From: Candidatus Curtissbacteria bacterium
Lineage (GTDB): Bacteria; Patescibacteriota; Microgenomatia; Curtissbacterales; GWA2-41-24
Direction: 5' to 3'
Length of the DNA: 64,000 nt
NCBI GenBank assembly: GCA_038326365.1
Contig: JBBQJY010000001.1
Location: 12,128 to 76,127 of the forward strand
Position 1 is the stretch's first letter, and every line of letters begins with the position of its first letter. The position numbers and the translations under genes are program-made. Under the pieces are notes generated by a model. The model was not told the DNA's origin. It worked only from the letters and a program-made list of their open reading frames with translations, and made no database searches. Of this stretch, positions 28,656 to 38,600 are shown one piece after another.

Positions 28656-29972
28656 TTCTCTAAGCCTTGATACTTCATCAGCAAACTTTTGGTTTTGAGA
28701 AATTTTAATGCGAACTTTATTTAAAGAGTGGATAACAGTTGAATGATCACGCCCGAAGCAAGAACCCACCTCATCCAAAGACAAAGAAAGTTCGAGCCTC
28801 AAAAAATACATTAGAATTTGTCTGGCACAAACCAAAGAAGCCATTCGAGAAGAACTTTTTAACTCTCCAATATTTGTCTTAAAGTGGCCGCAAACAACGT
28901 CAATAATCTGATCTTTGGTAGTAGTCTTTTTGTTACTGACTGCTTTAAATTGGGTATTTTCAAACGAACCGGTCATTTTTATCTGGGCAAGCACATTTGT
29001 TAACATTCCTTCAAGCTCTCTTGCGCCTCCTTGACAATTTGAAGCAATAAACTCAACTGTTTCCGAAGTAAGTTTTACTTTGCGCTCTGCACATTTAATC
29101 CTGATTATTCCCACCCTGAGTTCATAATCTGGAAAACCAACGTCAGCACTCATACCGCCCATTAACCGACTAACAAGCCTTTCATTTAGGCGCCCCAACT
29201 CTTTAGGGTGCTTGTCCGAGGCAACCACTAACTGCTTACCCGAAAGATAAAGCTCGTTGAAGGTATGAAAAAATTCATCCTGCGTGCTTTCTTTGCCTGC
29301 CAAAAATTGGATATCATCAACAATTAGCAAATGAACGCTTCTATATTTTGAGCGAAACGCACTTTGGGTTTTATTCCTTAGAGACTCTAAATAATCATTA
29401 GTAAATTTTTCGGCAGTAACGTACAAAATTTTAGCATCCTCGTATTTGGCCAGAACCTCGTTAGCAACTGCCTGAAGAAGATGAGTTTTGCCAACACCGG
29501 AGGGGCCGTAAATCACCAAAGGGTTGTAAACTCTGGCAAGTTCACTGGAAACTTGAGAGGCTGCCAGATAAGCTAGGTTATTAGAAGGGCCCACTACAAA
29601 GTTATCAAAAGTGTGATTGGGGTTAATTGAGTCCGCATTTTTCAAAGGAGCAAAATATTGAGGCGCAATTCCCGAAAATAAAGGGGTTCTTTCAGCAGTT
29701 TGTTCAATCTTCTGCGAAACCACAAACAACACCCTGTCCCTTGCCAGATTTTTTTCCAAAAGAACCTGTTCAATTTTTGAAAGATATCTTTTTTCAATTT
29801 GTTCTTTCAAAAAAGAATTTTTCACTCCAACAACCAAAAGGTTCTGATTCTCACCTTTTTTGTAATCCATAAGGTAAGATCCTGCAAACCAGGTCCGAAA
29901 AGTTGACGACGAAATAGAAAGTTTCAGGCCACTGAGAATGTCTCCCCAGACCTTTTGTCCATCTTTATACAT
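28641..29972 (-). CDS. dnaA: Chromosomal replication initiator DnaA
   Basis: TFDNFVVGPSNNLA, YNPLVIYGPSGVGKTHL, LIVDDIQF, TQDEFFHTFN, RELEG and GRDHSTVIHS. Confidence 0.98.
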   Translation of the reverse strand: MYKDGQKVWGDILSGLKLSISSSTFRTWFAGSYLMDYKKGENQNLLVVGVKNSFLKEQIEKRYLSKIEQVLLEKNLARDRVLFVVSQKIEQTAERTPLFSGIAPQYFAPLKNADSINPNHTFDNFVVGPSNNLAYLAASQVSSELARVYNPLVIYGPSGVGKTHLLQAVANEVLAKYEDAKILYVTAEKFTNDYLESLRNKTQSAFRSKYRSVHLLIVDDIQFLAGKESTQDEFFHTFNELYLSGKQLVVASDKHPKELGRLNERLVSRLMGGMSADVGFPDYELRVGIIRIKCAERKVKLTSETVEFIASNCQGGARELEGMLTNVLAQIKMTGSFENTQFKAVSNKKTTTKDQIIDVVCGHFKTNIGELKSSSRMASLVCARQILMYFLRLELSLSLDEVGSCFGRDHSTVIHSLNKVRIKISQNQKFADEVSRLRETINI

Positions 29973-30238
29973 TTATTCATCCAATGATTTAAGAGATTAA
30001 CTCTTTATTGCAGGCTGTAAGCGAAGGATCTATACCAGTCTTCTGTCAAATTGAGCGGCAGCTGTTTTGACCAGAGATCTATTCTCTAAAACGAAGACTA
30101 AAAATTAAGTCCGATACTCATAATTGCAAAGTTTATTAACACTTGTCAACATCCCAAAAGAATTGTTGAAAACTAACAAACACCAGCCTCCAACTTGCTC
30201 AATTTATCCATTTTCTGCTAATATCCCATTTACAACAA

Positions 30239-30376
30239 ATGACTAAAAGAACTTATCAGCCTAAAAAAAGAAAGCGCCAAAAAACCCACGGTTTTCGAGT
30301 GCGAATGAGGACAACAGACGGTCAAAATGTTTTGAAAAGACGCAGGAGCAAGAAGCGTGCAAAGCTTACTGTTTGA
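30239..30376 (+). CDS. rpmH: 50S ribosomal protein L34
   Basis: Manual translation [45 protein letters not shown]. At 45 aa it is below the ORF-track cutoff. Confidence 0.97.
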   Translation: MTKRTYQPKKRKRQKTHGFRVRMRTTDGQNVLKRRRSKKRAKLTV

Positions 30377-30681
30377 TGCTCCCCAAAAAAGAACGTCTAA
30401 ATCTGGCGAAAACCAAATTTGTGGGGGAAAGAATTGAAGATGAATGCTTTGTACTAATATGGCACCAAGCATCAAGTTTTAAGCTGGCTGTAGTTATTCC
30501 AAAAACTGTCGCCAAAAAAGCAGTCGATAGAAACAGGATGAGACGTCTGGTTCAGGTGTCTCTCAAAAATAAAAGCTACAAGTTAGAGCTACTTGTTAAA
30601 GTAAAGAAAAACTTAAGCGATTTAAAACAGAATGAAATTCAAAAAAATCTGGAAAAAATTCTATCAAAAATTGACAATTAA
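30376..30681 (+). CDS. rnpA: Ribonuclease P protein component
   Basis: MLPKKERL and the RNR motif KKAVDRNRMRR. TGATG coupling to rpmH. Confidence 0.92.
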   Translation: MLPKKERLNLAKTKFVGERIEDECFVLIWHQASSFKLAVVIPKTVAKKAVDRNRMRRLVQVSLKNKSYKLELLVKVKKNLSDLKQNEIQKNLEKILSKIDN

Positions 30682-30883
30682 AATAACTCGCTCTGCATTT
30701 TTTATTTATAGTGGTCTGTTTAAGTCAAACGTTCGCACTTGTAGATACGAACCTACATGTAGCGATTACGCCCAACAAGCCCTAATAAAATATGGCCTTG
30801 TAACCGGCGCGACCAAATCAATTGTCAGGCTCCTGAGCTGTCAACCATTTTCAAAAAGAGCAATAATTGACCCCCTAATTTAA
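30632..30883 (+). CDS. yidD: Membrane protein insertion efficiency factor YidD; start may be TTG 30671
   Basis: CRYEPTCSDYAQQALIKYG..RLLSCQPF, plus conserved gene order. Confidence 0.92.
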   Translation: MKFKKIWKKFYQKLTIKITRSAFFIYSGLFKSNVRTCRYEPTCSDYAQQALIKYGLVTGATKSIVRLLSCQPFSKRAIIDPLI

Positions 30884-31719
30884 TGAACCCACTAGCACTT
30901 GTCGGCACCCTTTTCCAGTTTGTACTTTACAAGCCAATCTTTACGATACTCATCGTAATATATCACCTGCTTTCTCTACTCAGTGTGCCAAGCGCACTAG
31001 GGCTTTCAATTATCCTACTTACCATCTTGATAAGACTTATCCTGTGGCCACTCACAGCTTCCCAGCTAAAAAGTAGTAAAAAAATGGCTGAGCTCAAGCC
31101 GCACTTAGACAAAATTAAAGAAAAACACGGCAGCGACAAAATGCGCCACCAACAAGAGGTCAATAAGCTCTACAAAGAGCATGGGGTAAATCCTGTAGCT
31201 GGATGCCTCCCCCTGCTTTTACAAATCCCCGTCTTTATCGCTCTTTATCAAGTCCTAGGTGCTTTTGTAAATTCTGCTAAACCGCTAGCCGATATTAATC
31301 AATTCATACTCATACCATCGCTCAGGTTAAACGAATTACCCAACACATCTTTTTTTGGACTAAGCCTGTCGACCAAACCCAATGAGTGGTCTCACATCGG
31401 CTTTCTAATTTTGGCAATCCCTCTACTAACCGGAGTTTTACAATTTATCCAATCCAAAATGCTCATCCCAGAAGAAAAAGCCTTAGAGAAAGTTAAATCC
31501 AAAAAAGAATCCAAAGGTAATATGGAGGATTCGATGGCCCAAATGCAGGGACAAATGGCTATGATTATGCCCGCTATGATTGCTTTTTTTTCATACGGGT
31601 TTCCAGTCGGCCTGTCGCTTTACTGGAATACTTTTACCGTTCTTGGTATAGTTCAGCAGTATAAAATCATGGGTGCAGGCTCACTGAACAAATATTTGCC
31701 CAAAAATTTACAAAAATAA
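30883..31719 (+). CDS. yidC: YidC/Oxa1 membrane protein insertase
   Basis: IILLTILIRLILWPL, LYKEHGVNPVAGCLPLLLQIPVFIALY and GLSLYW. Confidence 0.96.
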   Translation: MNPLALVGTLFQFVLYKPIFTILIVIYHLLSLLSVPSALGLSIILLTILIRLILWPLTASQLKSSKKMAELKPHLDKIKEKHGSDKMRHQQEVNKLYKEHGVNPVAGCLPLLLQIPVFIALYQVLGAFVNSAKPLADINQFILIPSLRLNELPNTSFFGLSLSTKPNEWSHIGFLILAIPLLTGVLQFIQSKMLIPEEKALEKVKSKKESKGNMEDSMAQMQGQMAMIMPAMIAFFSYGFPVGLSLYWNTFTVLGIVQQYKIMGAGSLNKYLPKNLQK

Positions 31720-31721
31720 AA

Positions 31722-32201
31722 ATGACCAAGGCAGTTAAAAAATCAGAACTGGATGAAAATTTAGTTGCTCAAAATGTCAAAGAGTTAATCGAGAAACTAG
31801 GTGTATCGGCAACTGCAGAAATCAGTAAAATCGACAATAGCTATTTTATAGACATCAAAAGCGAAGACTCTTCCTTGCTTATCGGCAAATACGGGGCAAA
31901 TCTTGAAAGTCTCCAGTTCGTTTTGGCAGTTCGCCTCAAGTTGCAAACTCAACAAGACGACTTCGAAATCTTTTTAGATATCGACAATTGGCGAAAACAA
32001 AAGGAACAAAAATTGGAAAAAATGGCCCTAGAAACCGCAGCTAAGGTCGAAGAGACTCAAGCAGAAGAGGCTCTTTATAACTTGAAACCCTCCGAAAGGC
32101 GTGTAATTCACGCGCTCTTTACCGCACATCCCAGAGTGACCACAGAGTCAACCGGCGAAGGTGACGGCCGTTATTTAATAATCAAACCCCGCAAAGCTTA
32201 A
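31722..32201 (+). CDS. khpB: Jag/KhpB (EloR)-like KH + R3H RNA-binding protein, lacking the Jag N-domain
   Basis: LLIGKYGANLESLQ (KH GxxG), ERRVIH (R3H) and STGEGDGR. Follows yidC. Confidence 0.85.
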   Translation: MTKAVKKSELDENLVAQNVKELIEKLGVSATAEISKIDNSYFIDIKSEDSSLLIGKYGANLESLQFVLAVRLKLQTQQDDFEIFLDIDNWRKQKEQKLEKMALETAAKVEETQAEEALYNLKPSERRVIHALFTAHPRVTTESTGEGDGRYLIIKPRKA

Positions 32202-32208
32202 AGCTGAA

Positions 32209-33480
32209 GTGGCTAGTAGAAAGTTCTCATTTCTACACAAAAGCACTTTAACTCTCAGCCAAGCCCTTTTTTTATCAACTCTTGCCTCAATACCCCTTCA
32301 ATTAAATAAGTATATTTTTGTCAAGAGTTCTCTTGTTTTGGGGATTCCGGTTGACTATCGGGCAATTTCAATTTATGCCAGTGATTTTTTGACTATTGCC
32401 TTAGTCTTGACGTTTATTTTTGAGAACAGGAAAAGTTTACTCAGCATTTTTAATAAATACAAAAACATTGCAATTCCACTTTTAATCTTGAATTTCTATC
32501 TTATTGCTAGTTCCATCTTTTTTTCCCGGGATCCTCAAATATCTATTGTTTTTAATGCAAAAACTTTGCTTTTCTCAGTCTTTTGTATTATCTGTGCTTT
32601 TTATTTTTCAAAAAAGGAACTAATTGATAAATCGTATTTAGTAGTCGCCTTCTCGCTTCTTTGGCAGTCCTTTTTGGCTATTTGGCAATTTTTATTCCAA
32701 AAATCCGCCAATTTTTATTTTCTAGGTGAACGCTCCTTTGATACCACGACTACCGCTATTGCTCATTTCAGCCTTTTTGGCAACCAGCTTCTAAGGCCAT
32801 ATGGTACTTTCCCCCATCCTAACGTTTTGGCCGCATTTTTAATTATCTTTGCCCTAGTTTTGATGTCCCAAGAAACGACATGGTCCAAAATACAAAAAAG
32901 ATTGGATTTAATCAAAACTGCCCTATTGCTCGCCCTTTGTGCAAGCCTGGTGACTTTTTCCAAAACAGCGCTTTTTATTGTTGCACTATTGCCGCTGGTA
33001 AATAGTTCCAAAAAAACAAAAATAATTCTCTCTCTTGCTCTTCTCTCTCTGGCCTATTTTTATATTTCGCTTTTTGCCCAAAACTACCTCAACTCAATTG
33101 CAGAAAGACTACAATTAATTCAAGCTTCACTAGAAATAATCAGACACAATTTGTTTGTAGGCACCGGCAGCAATAATTTTATACCGGCGCTATCAAAGCT
33201 CAATATAATTTCTGTTGCTGGAGTACGATTACTTCAACCAGTACACAATGTCTTTTTACTTATTTTGGCCGAAAATGGTCTTCTAGGCCTTTTGTTTTTT
33301 GCCCTCCTTTTGTTCAGAGTCTTTAAATACTGCAACACATGGCAAAAGACTTATATTTTTTTTGCCCTCCTTATTTATATGTCGACAGACCACTTTTTTT
33401 GGACGCTTCAACAAGGAAGACTACTTTTCTTTTTCGCGCTAGGCTTTATTCTCAGTTCGCACAATAAGGCTTCAGCCTGA
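32209..33480 (+). CDS. O-antigen ligase / Wzy-like membrane protein
   Basis: LRPYGTFPHPNVLAAF, TFSK, ER..L, VGTGSNNF and PVHNVFLLILAENGLLG. Confidence 0.85.
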   Translation: MASRKFSFLHKSTLTLSQALFLSTLASIPLQLNKYIFVKSSLVLGIPVDYRAISIYASDFLTIALVLTFIFENRKSLLSIFNKYKNIAIPLLILNFYLIASSIFFSRDPQISIVFNAKTLLFSVFCIICAFYFSKKELIDKSYLVVAFSLLWQSFLAIWQFLFQKSANFYFLGERSFDTTTTAIAHFSLFGNQLLRPYGTFPHPNVLAAFLIIFALVLMSQETTWSKIQKRLDLIKTALLLALCASLVTFSKTALFIVALLPLVNSSKKTKIILSLALLSLAYFYISLFAQNYLNSIAERLQLIQASLEIIRHNLFVGTGSNNFIPALSKLNIISVAGVRLLQPVHNVFLLILAENGLLGLLFFALLLFRVFKYCNTWQKTYIFFALLIYMSTDHFFWTLQQGRLLFFFALGFILSSHNKASA

Positions 33481-33497
33481 TATATTTAAAAAGATCT

Positions 33498-34763
33498 ATG
33501 ATCAAAAAAGTCTTTTATAACGCAGGTGCACAAATAATTGGCAAAGTTATCACCGCTTCTTCTACTCTCTTCATAACAATTATTATCGCTCGCAGCCTTG
33601 GCAATGAAGGCTACGGTGATTTTACAAAGGTCTTTGTTTTCGTTGGATATTTTTATACAGTTGCCGATTTTGGATTAAATACTGTCTTCATCAAAAATGA
33701 AAACCAGGATAAAGTTTTTATCAAATACTTAGCCGGACTCAGGCTGATTATTGGATTTTGCCTAGTATTAACCGCCATTTTAATTAGCCTTTTTCTTCCC
33801 TACAACCACCAGCTGGCCATCGGTTTTAGCCCTCAAGTTAAGCTAGGAATTGCCATTGCTTCCTTGACTATTCTGACTCAAGCTCTTTTTACAACTGCAA
33901 ACGCATATTTCCAAAAAAACCTAAGATATGATCTCTCAACAGTCGCAGCAATAAGTGGAACTTTTGTCACATTAATTCTCACAGCTGTGGGATCATTGCT
34001 CCATTTTCCATTCGATTTCTATGTAGGGGTTTACACTTTTGGAGGAATAACTTTTGTTTTTACCGCCTATTTTTTAATTAAAGTATTCTTGAGAACTTCA
34101 ATCCTGCCTGCCTTCTCCTCAGGCAAATTCAAGGAGTTTATCAAAGACGCTTGGCCAGTCGGTACAGCTCTGATTTTTAACTTAATCTACTTCAGGCTGG
34201 ACATTTTAATATTGTCATACGCCAGGAGCTCTGCCGAAGTTGGTGTTTATGGCCTTGCCTACCAATTCTTCGAGGCTTCACTATCGATACCGATTTTTTT
34301 TGCAAATGCCCTTTTCCCTTTGCTTACCAATCTTCATAAAAAGGACAAGCCTGCATATCAAAAAGAAGTTAAACGATGGGCCGGGCTGCTTTTGGGGATA
34401 TCGGCCCTGCTAATGGCAGCCCTAGTTTTCTTATCATTTTCAATCCCACTTATTTTCAAAGGACAATTTATAGCATCTCAAAGCTTATTAGTACTCCTCT
34501 CGGCTGGTTTGCCCTTTTTCTTCATCTCAGCCTTACTTTGGCATATTCTAATTATTGAAAACAAACAAAAATATTTAGGCGGAACCTACTTGGCGGGGGC
34601 AATTTTCAATTTGCTAGCAAACCTTTTTCTCATTCCAAAGTATGGTGCCCTGGCAGCCGCGGCAACCACAGTGGTCTCGGAGCTTGTTATTGTTTTGATT
34701 TTATTCATTTGCTACAAATTCACAGTCGCCAATAGCAAACTTGCCATAAGTAATTTAAAATAG
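33498..34763 (+). CDS. Wzx/MOP-family polysaccharide flippase
   Basis: ARSLGNEGYG..ADFGL, RLDILILS..EVGVYGLAY and LIPKYGALAAAATTVVSE. Confidence 0.88.
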   Translation: MIKKVFYNAGAQIIGKVITASSTLFITIIIARSLGNEGYGDFTKVFVFVGYFYTVADFGLNTVFIKNENQDKVFIKYLAGLRLIIGFCLVLTAILISLFLPYNHQLAIGFSPQVKLGIAIASLTILTQALFTTANAYFQKNLRYDLSTVAAISGTFVTLILTAVGSLLHFPFDFYVGVYTFGGITFVFTAYFLIKVFLRTSILPAFSSGKFKEFIKDAWPVGTALIFNLIYFRLDILILSYARSSAEVGVYGLAYQFFEASLSIPIFFANALFPLLTNLHKKDKPAYQKEVKRWAGLLLGISALLMAALVFLSFSIPLIFKGQFIASQSLLVLLSAGLPFFFISALLWHILIIENKQKYLGGTYLAGAIFNLLANLFLIPKYGALAAAATTVVSELVIVLILFICYKFTVANSKLAISNLK

Positions 34764-34767
34764 CTCA

Positions 34768-35178
34768 ATGTTAGTTATTAACTGCGATGGAGGATCCCGT
34801 GGCAACCCAGGCCCTGCGGCTTTCGGCTTTGTTGTAAAAGAAAAAGGAAAAATTATAGAAAAAGGTGGCGGATACATAGGCACGGCCACTAATAATGTCG
34901 CCGAGTACACAGCTGTTATTGAAGCTCTAAAACTGCTGAGCGAAAAAAAGTACAGACACCAACTCAGCTTTTACCTGGACTCCCAACTCGTTGTTTCGCA
35001 ATTGACAGGCGTATACAAGGTCAAGGACGCAAAAATTAGAGAATTAGTTATTCGCGTGCATCAATTCGAAACGGACTTTGAAAGTGTAATGTATTATCAT
35101 ATTCCCAGAGAAAAAAATAAGGAGGCAGACTTACTAGTAAATCTGGCTTTAGATCAGGCAATCCATGACTTTAAATGA
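34768..35178 (+). CDS. rnhA: Ribonuclease HI (archaeal/Mycobacterium-like type)
   Basis: CDGGSRGNPGPA, TNNVAEY, DSQLVVSQLTGVYKVK and HIPREKNKEADLL. Confidence 0.92.
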   Translation: MLVINCDGGSRGNPGPAAFGFVVKEKGKIIEKGGGYIGTATNNVAEYTAVIEALKLLSEKKYRHQLSFYLDSQLVVSQLTGVYKVKDAKIRELVIRVHQFETDFESVMYYHIPREKNKEADLLVNLALDQAIHDFK

Positions 35179-35698
35179 GTTTTTTGAAATTTTAAGAAAG
35201 AACCTAATTTTTATTATCGTTCTTGCCGTCGTTGGCGCTTTAGTTGCCTATTTTGCCACTGGTTTTATCAAATCCGGCTACCTCAACCAGCAACTACTTT
35301 TCCTCACAATAGAATCCAAAAATCCCCAGGACCAACTGCGAGGACTTGATCCTTCAACGACCACTGATACCGCTGTTGCCCTCATGAATAACAGCCCTCA
35401 AACAAGTGGTTCTTCAACCGACGCCAAAAAAGTTGCCTCTCAGGTTATAAGGCTAACGACTGAAAGCAAAAATGGCCAAAACTCAGAACTTGTCGGTCAA
35501 ATGGCCACCGAAAAATTCAATGATGAAATTAAAACTTACGTACCGAACTATAACCTGAAACTAATTCAAATAAATCAAACAACAGCCCCTTCGCGCCGGC
35601 TTTTGAACACCAATGTATTAGCAGTTTTTGGAGCCGCAGTAGGTTTTCTGACGGCTTTAATGCTGATATTGATAGGCAACTATTTTAAGATTCTTTGA
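35165..35698 (+). CDS. Wzz/CapA-like chain-length-determinant-type protein (small)
   Basis: MTLNEFFEILRKN N-terminus and two terminal TM helices flanking an extracellular loop. Confidence 0.6.
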   Translation: MTLNEFFEILRKNLIFIIVLAVVGALVAYFATGFIKSGYLNQQLLFLTIESKNPQDQLRGLDPSTTTDTAVALMNNSPQTSGSSTDAKKVASQVIRLTTESKNGQNSELVGQMATEKFNDEIKTYVPNYNLKLIQINQTTAPSRRLLNTNVLAVFGAAVGFLTALMLILIGNYFKIL

Positions 35699-38598
35699 TG
35701 GAAAATCCTGCCCAAGTAGATGACAACGCTGTCATCTTAATTACTGATGTCTCCTCATACTTAGGAGAGGCGTTAGCCAAAAATTTTCTCAAGCACAACT
35801 TTAGCGTTTACGGAGCCGGGCATAAAAATCCATCAGAAGAAATTCTGTCTAATTCCCACTTTACTCTTTTGGACATTGATCTTGCACAGCCATTCCCCGG
35901 ACATTTACCGGTTTTTGATTTAATAATTCACTTGGCACCGGAAAAGCAAGAAGAACTGGCAAATGTGAAAGTCTCTGCTGCTTCCAAAAATATTATCAAT
36001 TTTGCCAAACAAGGAATCTGCAAAGTTGTTTACGCCTTGCCAATCTCAGCAAGCAGTGATTACTTAGATTATCTAAGCCCCCAGGAAACAAGTCAGCAAT
36101 TTCTGAATTTTTTTCTGGTCGGCCACGTTTACGGTCCCCAAATGAAGCTAGAAAGTAAGTTTCACAGCAAAAAAGAAACAAGCTTTTTCGAAAGCAACGA
36201 TCTTGTTGATCTCATTTCTCAGTCAGCAATTTCCGACAGAATAATTTTAGAAAACGAGGGGCTTACCGTAATTTACCCAACATATATCGACGATGCGGTA
36301 GATGCCTTTAATAAGTTCATATTCACCAAAAACCCAAAACCTATCCGTTTTATAATCTCTGACCACCCTCTAACCGCTCTTTCAACTGCATACAAAATCC
36401 AAAATGCAATTAGGCTAGCCTCAGGCAAAGAGCTTAATCTTTTTTTCGCTGGGGAAGAAAACAGCCCCAAACCAAAACCCGAACCGGTCGTAAAAATTCA
36501 CGAACTTGCATTTAAGCCAAACTTTACGCTCACCGAAGGTCTCGAAAAAACTATCAAGTATCTAAGTCAAGAGAATCAAATTTATAGAAATAATCAAGTC
36601 TTTGCCCCAGAAGATAAACCAACAATAGAAGTCGAGAACAAATTCCAAGAAACCAAAATAGCCAAAAAAAAGCGCTTGAATTTACCTAAATTCTCCTCAG
36701 GACCTTTGAATGCCCGTGCAAGTACAGCCGTTCTGGTAATAGCCATTTTATTTCTCGTATTCGTTTTAAAAACTGGTGGAGATATCTTTTTGGGCACTAA
36801 GTCAATCAAGTCGGCAAAATCTCAACTCGAAGCGGGCGATCTTGCCCGCGCCAGGCAAAGCGCGCAAAGTGCCCAAGGCAGTTTTACCGCTAGCTCCTCA
36901 GAGTTTAAATTCATCACTTACCCTCTCAGGGTATTGTTTGCAAAGAAACTCGATTCGATTAACAATGCTTTAAGCGCAACAGCCGCCGGGGCTTCAGCAG
37001 TGGTCGACTTTATAGACGGAGCCCAATCGCTCTCGCAAAACCTGTCAACTATTGTATCTGGAAATTCCAAAAGCCCACTTGACCTGGCTTCGGCGCAAGC
37101 ATCGCTCAACAGATCATACTTCGAAAGCGCCTCAGCAGCTAGCCTAGCCAAAGATGCTCAAAATGGTCATATATTTGCCACAAACTTTAAATCTCTGGAG
37201 GATAGTTTAACTACGCTTGCCAATGTAAGCCTCTCGGCTCAGGAAATATCTACGATTATTCCCAATCTTGTGGGAGCAGATTCCACCAAAAATTACCTAC
37301 TGCTAGTTCAGAACAATACCGAACTGAGACCGGGCGGAGGTTTCATCGGCAATTATGCTCAAATCGCTTTTGAAGGAGGCAAACTCAAAGACATTAAAGT
37401 TGATGACATTTACAACATAGACGGCCAGCTTAAAGAGAAAATTAGTCCACCTCAGCAGCTGATCGACAAACTTGGTGTAGACAAACTTTATTTGCGAGAT
37501 TCCAACTGGACAACAGATTTTCGCATTAACGCCCAAACTGCTCGGGATTTCTACAAAAAAGAGACTGGGCAGACCATAGACGGCGTAATTGCCATAGACC
37601 TAAGTTTTTTTGAAAAACTTCTTGAGAAAATGGGCCCCATAAAGTTGGAAAATTACAGCGAAGAAATAAATGCGGGCAATCTTTTTGACAAAGGAGAATA
37701 TTATTCCGAAGTAGGCTTCTTTCCAGGTTCTACTCAAAAGAGAGACTTTTTCGGTTCATTGGCCAAAGCTGTCATTGGTAAAATAGAAGAGAGTCTTAAG
37801 CAAAAAACTGTAGGTAAAAACTCTCCATATTTAGCTTTAGTTTCGGCTGCATCCGATAGTCTTGCCCAAAAACACATTATGATGGCTTTCGACGATGCGG
37901 AAGTGGGATCTTTTGTCCGGTTAAAAGGTTGGGATAACGAACTGCCCCCATTTACTTATAATCCGGCAGATAACGCACAATCAGCCAACGACTTTTTAGC
38001 TCTCTCAGAAGCCAACGTCGGTGCCAACAAAGTTAATCGCTATATAGAGAGAGCAGTTAACTATGATATGACAGTCGACCGAGATGCCGGCTTAGTAGCG
38101 ACTATCAATATAACCTATAAAAATAACAGTCCTGCCGATACTTGGCCTGCTGGAACATATGTCAACTATTTGCGAGTTTATGTGCCCCTAAACTCATCGC
38201 TAGAAAGTTACCAGGTCGATGGCCAAAATATTGATTTAAATCCTACCTTAACAGCTAAGCAAAAAAAACCAAGCACGACCGCTCAATCTTCCACCCAAGG
38301 CAATCTAACCGTCTTTGACACTATTGTCGAGGTGCCTGTAAAGCAAACTAAGAATATAACTTTCAAATATAGAATACCTAAAAATATCAAGCTGGAATCC
38401 GCACCAGCTTATAATCTCTATGTGGCCAAACAGCCCGGCACAAATAACGATGCGCTTAAGTTCTCGTTCAATCTGCCCGCCTATTTAAAAATAGATTCAA
38501 TAAACGGCTCTAAGGCCGATACCGGCAAACAAAACTACTCAAACCTAACTAATTTGGAAACCGATAAAATTTGGGAAATTAAAGTTACCAAAAAGTAA
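35698..38598 (+). CDS. Degenerate NAD-dependent epimerase domain fused via a TM to a DUF4012 extracellular domain
   Basis: N-terminal ILITDVSSYLG, VYGP and YIDDAVDA. After the TM: YLLLVQNNTELRPGGGFIG, LRDSNW and IDGVIAID. Confidence 0.8.
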   Translation: MENPAQVDDNAVILITDVSSYLGEALAKNFLKHNFSVYGAGHKNPSEEILSNSHFTLLDIDLAQPFPGHLPVFDLIIHLAPEKQEELANVKVSAASKNIINFAKQGICKVVYALPISASSDYLDYLSPQETSQQFLNFFLVGHVYGPQMKLESKFHSKKETSFFESNDLVDLISQSAISDRIILENEGLTVIYPTYIDDAVDAFNKFIFTKNPKPIRFIISDHPLTALSTAYKIQNAIRLASGKELNLFFAGEENSPKPKPEPVVKIHELAFKPNFTLTEGLEKTIKYLSQENQIYRNNQVFAPEDKPTIEVENKFQETKIAKKKRLNLPKFSSGPLNARASTAVLVIAILFLVFVLKTGGDIFLGTKSIKSAKSQLEAGDLARARQSAQSAQGSFTASSSEFKFITYPLRVLFAKKLDSINNALSATAAGASAVVDFIDGAQSLSQNLSTIVSGNSKSPLDLASAQASLNRSYFESASAASLAKDAQNGHIFATNFKSLEDSLTTLANVSLSAQEISTIIPNLVGADSTKNYLLLVQNNTELRPGGGFIGNYAQIAFEGGKLKDIKVDDIYNIDGQLKEKISPPQQLIDKLGVDKLYLRDSNWTTDFRINAQTARDFYKKETGQTIDGVIAIDLSFFEKLLEKMGPIKLENYSEEINAGNLFDKGEYYSEVGFFPGSTQKRDFFGSLAKAVIGKIEESLKQKTVGKNSPYLALVSAASDSLAQKHIMMAFDDAEVGSFVRLKGWDNELPPFTYNPADNAQSANDFLALSEANVGANKVNRYIERAVNYDMTVDRDAGLVATINITYKNNSPADTWPAGTYVNYLRVYVPLNSSLESYQVDGQNIDLNPTLTAKQKKPSTTAQSSTQGNLTVFDTIVEVPVKQTKNITFKYRIPKNIKLESAPAYNLYVAKQPGTNNDALKFSFNLPAYLKIDSINGSKADTGKQNYSNLTNLETDKIWEIKVTKK

Positions 38599-38600
38599 AA

